From positions 1 to 64,000 of the forward strand of contig NIVC01000493.1 of NCBI GenBank assembly GCA_002269645.1: a stretch of 64,000 nucleotides of DNA. The letters run 5' to 3'. A program made the translations under genes and the position numbers. The notes beneath the pieces are model-generated. The model did not search any database, was not told the origin of the DNA, and saw only the letters and a program-made list of their open reading frames with translations. The DNA comes from Macrostomum lignano (lineage: Eukaryota). Positions 1-10,600 of the stretch are shown here, in pieces (position 1 is the stretch's first letter; each line of letters starts with the position of its first letter).

Positions 1-109
1 TTCAGATTTCTTTATCCAAAATACTCAACAGCGGTCGGATCAGTAGCTGGAACGGCATATGATTTCGAATTTCTGTTGACTAAAATTATTATCGATTTAA
101 AATAAATCA

Positions 110-1842
110 TCATCGATTTCCCGAGGCGCCGCGGTCTCGGCCGCCGCCTCCGCCTCCTCCTGCAGCTCCTGCAGCCGGCGCTTCTCCTCCTTCTCCCTGA
201 TCTTGCGCGTTTCTCTCCTCGGCCTCGGGTGTGATCAGATTGTGCCAGCGGGCCACCGCCCGGTTCGGCGTCTGCAGCAGCTCGCGCCAGTGCAGCAGCG
301 GCAGACTGTCAGGGTCGGCGCCTGCGTGCAGCTCCAGAGAGCCGACGGGCCGCTTGAGCCGCAGGGTCTCGTCTTGTGCACCAGAGTGATGCGCAGGATG
401 CACGTCTCCAGCATGTCGCGAGCGCCAACTTCGAACACGAACTGCTGGTTGAAGTAGGGATTCCTGGTGCCCGAGACCTGCTTGGATCGTTTCACCTGTT
501 CGCGTTTCAGCTGCGGATGCCGCAGGCTCAGGCGCACAAAGGTGTTTGGTAGGTCTCGAGGTCCGGCTCCTCGGAGCGACCCTTGGCGACGAAGACGCCC
601 TTGCATTCGATGATGCTCACGGTTAGCGACATGTTCTTGGCGGCGTAGTACAGCGACAGGCAGATGTCGCCTGGCCGCGCGTTCGTCGCGTGGCAAGCCG
701 CGGCGCAGCGCCTTCGAGAAGTCGGCTGTCCGCCCGAGAATCTCGTCCAGACCTTCGCCCAGGCGACGTAGGTGGACAACTTTGCGTGCCACCATGTCGT
801 GCTTGATTCCGTAGTCCCAATCGAATACCTCGAACACGACAATCTTCTCCTTGAGCTCTGACTTCTTCTTTACTGGGAAGACGCAGGAGAAGTTGAATAC
901 CGGGTTCCCGCTGTTGCGCACAGTTTTCGACGTTTTTGGCTTTGTGCCGCGCGTCTTGCCAGCAGCCTCGTCCTTCTCGCTCATCATGCTCACCACCACG
1001 TACGGGTCTAAGCTGTCCAGGCCTTTTGGCAGATCCTGACAGTTGGACACGGTCACTATGAGGTTGTCCTTCTTTAGATCGTACTCCAGCGAGTAGTTGA
1101 TCATGCCGAACTGGGGCCGGTTTGCGCCGGTCAGGTCCAGGTCCTTGTACAGCACCGACTGGGCGGGCGGCTGCATCCGGCTTCGGCTGGACTTGCTGCG
1201 GCAACAGCAGCAGTAGATGAGCAGCGCTAGCAGCAGCAGAAAAATGAGACCGATACCGGAAAATATTAAAATAATGGCCCACAGAGGCAATATTTTGCGC
1301 AGCTTCTGCCACAGAGTAGCGAAAAAGTTTTTCTGCTTCTTTTTCTTCTTTTTCTTCTTGTGCTTCTTGTCCTCTTTAGAGACAGCTTTGCCCAGCTTTG
1401 AGGCTCCGCTGACAACGTCAGAAAGATGCGCACCCTTCTTCTCGATCTGGCTGACCGCTTTACGACGCTGTAGCTCCTTGTGCAGCACGGTTTTTAGCTG
1501 CCGTAGCAGCTCCTTGTGGTCGCCACCCTCGGGAGGCGGTGCCAACTCTTCTTTTGATCGTCTCTCTAGGCCAATCTCGCTGTCTTCGTCGTCCAGGTCT
1601 GGAACCTCTTCCAGCTGAATGGAGTCGGCACCGGCGGCGGGGATGGCGGTGGCCACAGCGGCTACTGGCGGCGGCGACGGCAGCAGCAGCGGCAGCAGAA
1701 GCAACAGCAGCGGAAGCAGCGGCCCGCCCTGCCGCCGCCGCATCCTTTGTCCGCGTCGGGCCGCCTTTCCCGAGGCTTCGCCGACTGCAGCGATGGCTAA
1801 AAATGGATGTCCGATGGCGTACGCTGATAACTCCCGAGCCAA
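110..1842 (-). CDS. Synaptotagmin-like protein (signal-like N-terminus, TM helix, C2A, C2B); intronless and frameshifted, so either a pseudogene/retrocopy or indel errors
   Basis: TM ILPLWAIILIFSGIGLIFLLLLALLIY followed by CCCC. C2A motifs: FGMINYSLEYD, LDPYVVV, NPVFNFSCVF, FEVFDWD...HD. C2B is spread over three frames: PGDICLSLYY (ORF 528-842), PNTFVRLSL...RNPYFNQQFVFEV (ORF 235-1842) and HWRELLQTPNRAVARWHNL (ORF 110-403). Frame changes near 680-730, 555 and 373. The likelier start is the ATG at 1743. Confidence 0.85.
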
Positions 1843-3032
1843 TGCAGTTTTTTAGAAGTGATCTCAGCTGGAAAATTTACTGAGCCTCAGCGCTGCTGGC
1901 TCTGCTTATCCACTGCTTTGAGTTCCAGTCCGCTCTTGTCTTGCGTGTTCAAAAGCCCCAGCCTAGCCAGCGTCTCCCCCCTCTGCGCTCGCTCGGCATT
2001 GTAAAATTTTTGTTTGCGCGCGCATTCTGCAGCGGCTGCAGCCTAGCACAGCACGTGTTCTGCAGTCTCACGTGTGGCAACTGGGCCCCCACCCCTAGCC
2101 CGCTTGCCTGTCATCCAAGCACGTTTTCTATTCAACAAGCCTGCCTGTCCTCTGTTGCTATTCGAAGCGGTTGGTGAAGAAGACGCCTAAGAATTGAAAT
2201 CGCATAGTAGGCTCATGCGCCCCCTGCACAGCCAACCGAGATTCGTATTGTTCTGCCCCTGATCTGGCGAGCCTCTCATTTCTCTTCTCCTGTGTGCAGC
2301 CATCGGTTTTGGCTAAACTGTCTTATCTTCTTTCTATTTCTCATCTCTCTGTTACATGCATTTGCACCAACCAACTTGGGTCATGCTATGCTAAGCATTC
2401 TCAATATTACACTGCTGCGTATGCTATTATAATTTACTAACATCTCTACTTTCAGTAGTTATATACTAATAAAGAACTAGCTTAGATCCTTATGATGGCG
2501 TGATAGGTAACATGCAAGATTAAAGAAACAAGTTTTTCTTTCTTAAGTCCCTGGTGAGTCAGCTGCTTCACGCCGACGTTCAATCGTTTGCTCACAGCAA
2601 GATGACTGCTCTTTTGAAATTGGCTCTGCCCGTGCGAGAGCTTCTCCTGGGACCAACTCCCCAATGCTAGGAAGGAAAATCAAGTTGCTTGTGAAAGATA
2701 AAAGCTCCGTTCTAAACTCTAAGTAATTTTTTGGCGTATAAGAGACAGAATCACTGCTGTAAATGAGTTTCACACCCTGCTGAGACGCATAAATATATTT
2801 ATCGTATTGCTGATTGAGATGATGAAACTTTTCCACGTACGTCTGGGTATGTTTTTGTTCTGCAGAAAATAGAAGCCACCTGCTAATCAAAGGGAAATCG
2901 GTGCAAAAAACAATTAAAGTCGCCTACAGCTCAACTGTTGCATCAAATAGATAGGGGAATCCGTTCCCCAGGGCCCGGGAAGGCATAAAGTCTACAGCTG
3001 TAAGCAGAAAACACGCTGTTATCGAGATGCTC

Positions 3033-3165
3033 AGTCGTCCGAATCAGCCAGCGGAACGACTAGACAGCCGGCCTCCTCAATGGATTCGTTTGTGTAGCTG
3101 AGGTCTGCAGCTTCATCTGTCTGCAGCTGCTTCTGACGCTTCTGTTCGATGAAGAAGAGCTGCGG
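3033..3165 (-). CDS. Unassigned terminal-exon candidate (possibly the GPCR tail)
   Basis: cgcag acceptor, then LFFIEQKRQKQLQTDEAADLSYTNESIEEAGCLVVPLADSDD*. Coordinates are approximate. Confidence 0.25.
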
Positions 3166-4462
3166 GTTTCAGTTTTGTGCAAAAATTTTGGTTTATTAGC
3201 AGACCTTGAGCACGCACTCACACAGACTCACACGGCCTGTGAGGCCGTACATCCGCACCGCATCCAATGCATTTGAATGCTGACAATTTAGGCTAGGGCT
3301 GGTAGGGTTAGTGCTTCGGTTACGGTCCGCAGTCGGGTCAGAGGAGCTCTGCGGTAAAGGCGTCTGACTCTCAGGCCGCGACCACATTAAAGTTGTCATG
3401 CAGGCTGCCAGACCGTGTTAGCAGACCGTGTTGTCTGCCAAGGTTGATTGGCCCGTCAAAGCGAGACGCCTTGATGCTGCATCGACGACTTCATCGGTGC
3501 CCAGTCGGCTCAACAGTCTTTACCGGAGGTGCTGCTGCTGACGCTGCAGGCACTCAACTGCCTACTGGTTTAAAAGTACAGGCGCGCCCAGAACTTTAGG
3601 CGCTCCTTTGTTTTGATTTTTATGCCGGCTTCAAGTTAGACTCATCAAAGATTGAGATGACGGAGAAGCTGGCCCCATAAGAGCGCAGAAACTCCTAAAC
3701 AGGGTCATTTAGTATTGCCATTTCAGAACAGATTGCTGGAGATGTCTAAATATATGACCATGCGATTCGTAGACCTCACCCAGCTACGAGCCATCTCGAA
3801 TTTCCTGAAAAAATCTTTTATCAATTTTTAAACGATATTTTGATTGCGACTGCTCACCCCACCCCCTGCTGGAGGCTGAGGATCAGGTTTTTAACAAAGC
3901 ATACTTCAAGATCAGATTTCGACTCGATAATATTATAATAAAAAATGGCAAGGAAGCCTCACAGATGTTGACGAATAATTTAACTCAACCTTCTCAAACC
4001 TAACAGACCTGAGTATTTATTAATAGGACTCCAATCAGGATACTCTGGCTTCGAATCAGTGTTCGTGTTTAGCGTTCAGTTGCCTGATTAAAAGACATCC
4101 TGCGCCCGCTGTTTGCCTTTCTCCGCCTTCTCTTTAAGCTCGTGTCTCTAAATTCCCAGGCAATATCCTTTATCCCGTGCCACAGGTAGCTACGCGTTAT
4201 CATCACATTCCGTGTCCAGATATTTATTCCAGCCAGGACGACTTGAGTAGGAGAAATGGGAAACTTCGTTTCTTGGAAAACGAATTGCATCAATTGCAAT
4301 GCCATTCAGTTTGCGGCAGGCAAGTGTCGTAGACCATTGACACAGCATCAGCATGATTATGTAATCAAGCCCTGCATCATTTATTAAAATAGTTTCTAAG
4401 GGAAAATATTAAATATTAAAAGGATTTCTACAAGTGCAGATCAATTAAAAACCGCTGCTCAC

Positions 4463-4681
4463 ATCCTCGTGTCCGGGCAGCTGCAGCTGATCCTGCATCA
4501 GGCGCATCCGTTTCGTTCTTCGGCATTCGGCGCTGCAACGTCGAGCCTCCGGCGCCTTCGCAGCGCCGATAGCGCCGCGCCGGCAAAGCCAGGCGCCCAG
4601 ACGGGTAGCCAGAAGAGTCTCGCGCAGCTCCCGGTGCACCTCAGCATTCACGAAGCAGTAGAGCAGGGCTACCAGGAAGCC
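4463..4681 (-). CDS. GPCR exon: TM7-helix 8 and proximal tail
   Basis: GFLVALLYCFVNAEVHRELRE...GHED followed by a GTGAG donor. Confidence 0.92.
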
Positions 4682-7600
4682 CTGGGTTGTTAAGAATGGA
4701 TTATCAAGATTTCTAAGAATTATTTGCTTTCCTTAATGCTATTCAGCTTCACTGAATAGGTTTCGATTCAGTAGCTACCTGAAATGAGCTGAAAAAGTGC
4801 TCGTAGTAGAGTCGGACAAACTCCAGTTTCGCTCCGAGACGGTCTTTCGGGATCATAGCCACGGGTAGGAAGATCAGGTAGTAGATCCCGAATACCAGCA
4901 CAAGCACTGATGTGGACTTCCACAACTTTCTGCAATCGATGGAATGGTATTGTCTTCTGTATGCTCCCAAGCCATCCACTCCCTGCCCCGCTATCCAACA
5001 CCCTCCGTTTTACGGCCACTCCCTGCCCCGCTATCCAACACCCTCCGTTTTACGGCCACTCCCTGCCCCGCTATCCAACACCCTCCGTTTTACGGCCACT
5101 CCCTGCCCCGCTATCCAACACCCTCCGTTTTACGGCCACTCCCTGCCCCCTCTTTTCAAGACCCCTCAGTTTTGTAGCCACTCCCTACCCCCTCTTTCCA
5201 ACAGCCCTCAGTTTTACAGCCACTTCCTACCTCCTCTTTTCAAGACCCCTCAGTTTTGTAGCCACTCCCTACCCCCTCTTTTCAAGACCCCTCAGTTTTG
5301 TAGCCACTCCCTACCCCCTATTTCCAACACCCCTCAGTTTTACGGCCACTCCCTACCCCCTCTTTCCAACACCCCTCAGTTTTACAGCCACTCCCTACCT
5401 CCTCTTTTCAAGACCCCTCAGTTTTGTAGCGACTCCCTACCCCCTCTTTTCAAGACCCCTCAGTTTTGTAGCCACTCCCTACCCCCTCTTTCCAACACCC
5501 CTCAGTTTTGTAGCCACTCCCTACCCCCTCTTTCCAACACCCCTCAGTTTTACAGCCACTCCCTACCTCCTCTTTTCAAGACCCCTCAGTTTTGTAGCCA
5601 CTCCCTACCCCCTCTTTCCAACACCCCTCAGTTTTGTAGCCACTCCCTACCCCCTCTTTCCAACACCCCTCAGTTTTGTAGTCACTCCCGCCCCTCCATC
5701 CAACACCCCTCAGTTTTACAGCCACCTCACTCCCTGCTTCAACACTTTACTCAGAGTTTCTTTTAATCCTTAATTAAAAGTGCATTAGTAGAAGCTCGAG
5801 AGCGAGGCACGAACCTATAAGTCTGCGTAGCTTCCATAGCTGCTGTTTGCAGTCTTAATTTTTTGAAAATTTCTCGAACAATTCGAACAAATAACACTGC
5901 GTTCACCTGAAAAAGACAACAGAAAAATGAAAATGAAAATGAATGTCCGGTATAGTGTTCTTGATAACAATACGAGTATTTGCAGCAGGATAATCCAAAT
6001 TTGTTTTGCTCCTGTAAGAGTCCTGTTCTTATTTCTGCTTATCTAAGTTTCTGAACTTTCTACAACGTAACGGTGAAGACGTCTGATATCTCGCCACGAC
6101 CTTGGTTCGATTCCGAGTGCCAACACCTTCATTTGGAGCTCGTGCATGAATAATTGGCCAGGAGGGTTTGTACGAGTAGTCGTAGTGCGATTCAAACCCA
6201 TGAGGGCGAGCCCCCAAGACAGTGAAGTGTACATGCCTGATGATTAGAAAGTCAGGGCTGCTGTACACCCTGTGTGAGCGTGTGCATGAGTGCGCGCCCG
6301 CGTACAGTATTGGTGCGCCTGTATGTTCTCAGGAGTCAGCGGAATGGGCAGAATTGCTTCAGCACTGGCTGGCCTGCAGCCCTCCTGGCAACATTTATGA
6401 ATTTTAATCAACTCCCCGAACAAACTAACAAGGTATTTAACTGACTGGCTCTGCTCACCAGAACCAGCACGCAAAGGTAGGAGTTGATCAGCCAGATGTC
6501 CGCTCCGAGAGGCCTGAACTGTCTCCAACAGTCGCGGTTGTCAAAAAGAATTCGCAGCAGTATCCAGACTGCCGTGATGCACGCTGACGCACCTATTAGT
6601 GAGGCCGTTTTAGGGAGGAGGCATGAAATAGTGCTTGGCCTGGATTCTGCCAGGGCAGCACTGCCAAGGCTCTATAAAAATCCAGTCAGTAGAACTCCTA
6701 AAAAGGGATCTTAATACCCTGTTAGCCTCAATAGCTATTAATTCGGTTTCTTTATCCGTTTATCTAATCCTCGGATTTTCTTCGAAAGGAGACTTTCGAA
6801 TCGATGCCTCAAAGAGGAAATTACGTGTGCTTATTGAGAAGGAGAAAATTCTGGAGTAAATTAGGAAATTGAGCCAACCCGGCTTAAACTGACACGTTAA
6901 ATGTGAATAGAAGCCGAGGATCTGTGAAGCTGAGGATCTGTGAAGCCGAGGATCTGTGAAGCTGAGGATCTGTGAAGCTGAGGATCTGTGAAGCTGAGGA
7001 TCTGTGAAGCTGAGGATCTGTGAATCTGAGGATCTTTGAAACTGAGGATATGTAAAATGAACTCTAATCAAATTCAAGGCATTGTGAAATATTGTTATCG
7101 TGGAAGTTGGCAGCTCACCCCAGCCCAGAACAGCGTAGGTCTTTGTTGACCTTGTCTTGTGCGACAGCGCACTGACAAAGATTAGCGAGTGCAGGTGCAA
7201 AGCCTCAACAAAGACCCAGGTGAAGCTGCTAACTACAGCAAAGGTCATCGCTGATTGGTCCGCCCGGCAGGCCAGCATCTGAAAACAGCAGTTCGTTTTA
7301 GGTTTTATTCAAATATGAAATTAGTCAAGTCCACTGAGCTAAACTAGAGACTGGCTGAAAATGACAGCTTTTTATAGCTCGTATGTACGAGCGTATTCCC
7401 GATCTACATATTCTCCGCCCGCTGCCATAGACAGCACTCTCCACATTCTCCGCCCGCTGCCATAGACAGCACTCTCCACATTCTCCGCCCGCTGCCATAG
7501 ACAGCACTCTCCACATTCTCCGCCCGCTGCCATAGACAGCACTCTCCACATTCTCCGCCCGCTGCCATAGACAGCACTCTCCACATTCTCCGCCCGCTGC

Positions 7601-10600
7601 CATAGACAGCACTCTCCATATTCTCCGCCCGCTGCCATAGACAGCACTCTCCACATTCTCCGCCCGCTGCCATAGACAGCACTCTCCACATTCTCCGCCC
7701 GCTGCCATAGACAGCACTCTCCACATTCTCCGCCCGCTGCCATAGACAGCACTCTCCACATTCTCCGCCCGCTGCCATAGACAGCACTCTTCATATTCTC
7801 CGCCCGCTGCCATAGACAGCACTCTCTATATTCTCCGCCCGCTGCCATAGACAGCACTCTCCATATTCTCCGCCCGCTGCCATAGACAGCACTCTCCATA
7901 TTCTCCGCCCGCTGCCATAGACAGCACTCTCCATATTCTCCGCCCGCTGCCATAGACAGCACTCTCCTCATTCTCCGCCCGCTGCCATAGACAGCACTCT
8001 CCACATTCTCCGCCCGCTGCCATAGACAGCACTCTTCATATTCTCCGCCCGCTGCCATAGACAGCACTCTCCACATTCTCCGCCCGCTGCCATAGACAGC
8101 ACTCTCCACATTCTCCGCCAGCTGCCATAGACAGCACTCTCCACATTCTCCGCCAGCTGCCATAGACAGCACTCTCCTCATTCTCCGCCCGCTGCCATAG
8201 ACAGCACTCTCCACATTCTCCGCCAGCTGCCATAGACAGCACTCTCCACATTCTCCGCCCGCTGCCATAGACAGCACTCTCCACATTCTCCGCCCGCTGC
8301 CATAGACAGCACTCTCCACATTCTCCGCCCGCTGCCATAGACAGCACTCTCCACATTCTCCGCCCGCTGCCATAGACAGCACTCTCCATATTCTCCGATG
8401 GTGGTGTGAATAAAAAAATCGATTAAAGTTAAATTTTTTCAGATCAACACAGTGTGAAAGGCATTCCAGCTTGCTTCATTTGCTATTCGGTTATCTGGGT
8501 ATCGGTAGAGAAATTTTCATTTTGCCAGTAATAAACCTAAGAATTGCTATCTCGGTAATTGCATTCGGGGCAGAATATTCATGTTATTATCACCAATTGC
8601 ACAGTGCAATGTCCTGTCTGCATATTCGTAGAAAAATTAGCAATCCAATGCGAGCGAGCTATCTGAGAGCTTTTGAGACAAGGCGACCCGCAGCTAGCGA
8701 CGAGGCGGGCAGGCATATGCCCACCCGCAGACCACTGAGCACTTACACTGCACGGGCACGCGCAGGCGCACGCTGGGTGTACAGGGGACCTGACTTGCCT
8801 CTGCACCTTAAGAGATTGGCCCTAGCCTGACGATTAGCTTCACGCAAAGGTCTGTACACCTGTGCAGAATCGAACCCCGGACTTTGGCGCTCCGCTGCCT
8901 TATAATACTACATGCGTTTTAAGTGGCTATAAGTAGCTGTAATGTGCTGTAAGTGGCAAGTGCTGTAACTGAATTTAAGGTGCTGTAAGTGGCTGTAACG
9001 TGCTGTAAGTGGTTGTAAGTGGCTGTAAGTGGCTGTAAGTGGCTGTAAGTGGCTGTAAGCGGCTGTAAGTGGCTGTAAGTGGCTGTAAGTGGCTGTAAGC
9101 GGCTGTAAGTGGCTGTAAGCGGCTGTAAGTGGCTGTAAGTGGCTGTAAGTGGCTGTAAGCGGCTGTAAGTGGCTGTAAGTGGCTATAAGTGGCTGTAAGC
9201 GGCTGTAAGTGGCTGTAAGTGGCTGAAAGTGGCTGTAAGCGGCTATAAGTGGCTGTAAGTGGCTATAAGTGGCTGTAAGTGGCTGTAAGTGGCTGTAAGT
9301 GGCTGTAAGTGGCTGTAAGCAGCTGTAAGTGGCTTAGTGCATCTCCGCTAGTATTTCTTGCTCAGCAAACAGTCAATGGGAAGTTATTTATTCACCTGGC
9401 CATCCAGCGGAGCGAGCTTGTTCACGAAGTACCTGCCAGCTCGAAGGCTGAACGCGGCGAACAGGTTCACGTGAATAGCATTTCGCTGGCAGTGCAGCCG
9501 TCTGCAAGGCAAAAGTATTGCTGCGATGAAGATTAGCAGTTGATTATCTATCGTAACTGCACACACGCTGCCACCTGAACAAATAAATCGGAAAGCAGAA
9601 CTCGAAAGCAATTTCTTCTACTGCCTTCTCTGCTCCCGGGAGAGCTTAAGAAGACACAACAACAGCTTGCAGTCTGATCGCACCTGAAAGCGGCCAAAAT
9701 GCAGATGGCCGTCAGCAGCGAAGCCAACGACAGGCCGAAGCCGGCGAACCCGATGCCGTCCAGAATGGTGATGTGCATCTGCGGCGTTTCATGGGAGCAT
9801 TAAACTGTTTTACACGAGTGACACTGTTTACATGTGTCACTCACATCTGCCCTATGTGCCACTCACATCTGTCCTATGTGTCACTCACATCTGCCCTATG
9901 TGTCACTCACATCTGCCCTATGTGTCACTCACATCTGCTTTATGTGTCACTCACATCTACTTTATGTGTCACCCACATTCTGTCCTATGTCACTCACATC
10001 TGCCCTATGTGTCACTCATATCTGCCCTATGTGTCACTCACATCTGCCCTATGTGTCACTCATATCTGCCCTATGTGTCACTCACATCTGCCCTATGTGT
10101 CACTCACATCTGCTTTATGTGTCACTCACATCTACTTTATGTGTCACCCACATTCTGTCCTATGTGTCACTCATATTCTGTCCTATGTGTCACTCACATT
10201 CTGTCCATGTGTCACTCAAATCTGTTATATGTGTCACTCGCATCTATTATATGTGTCACTCTCACCTGCATCATGTGACTAACCGAGCACCTCTTCAGCC
10301 TCATCTGCTCTCAGCGCTCCGCCGCAGCTCACCTTAATCCACTCAGAGCCGGCCGGCATCTTCACCGGTGCCGGCTCGATGAGGCATTCGCTAAAGTTGG
10401 TCCAGCCGCCGCCGCCGGCACCGCCGCTGTCGTCAACGTCATCGCCGTCAAACTCGGTTGGCCTTCGCTGCCAGACGCCTCGGTCGGTGCACAGCCGGCT
10501 GGCGCGCCGATGGCGCAGGACGTCGTTCAAATAGTCGGGGCAAGGCGCCGAGACCCTGGCGCCGGCCTCCGCGCTCGGCCAGCAGACGGCGACATCGAAC

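Noticed and set aside
672-756. An ~80-nt intron as the explanation for the first synaptotagmin frameshift
   Set aside because: The donor (GTCTGG) is weak, splicing would delete the last strand of C2A, and it cannot explain the other two shifts.
4910-5773. Long ORFs in several frames (e.g. PLSFVATPY repeats)
   Set aside because: They are translations of a 40-41-bp intronic minisatellite; the period is not a multiple of three.
6085-6125. Functional tRNA genes at the B-box-containing segments (also 8870, 14870-14920, 16970, 32230, 34500)
   Set aside because: I could not fold a complete cloverleaf, and each segment runs into shared repeat body sequence, so they are SINE heads.
6305-6445. Apparent GPCR TM5/ICL3 exon (FINVAR... 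/ ENIQAHQY)
   Set aside because: It would need an 18-nt intron and frameshifts; a clean, in-phase TM5-ICL3 exon exists at 5815-5906.
7325-8389. Cys-rich ORFs (MAAGGECGECCLWQRAEN) that look metal-binding
   Set aside because: The same peptide appears in all three frames because the unit is 35 bp; this is an intronic repeat artefact.
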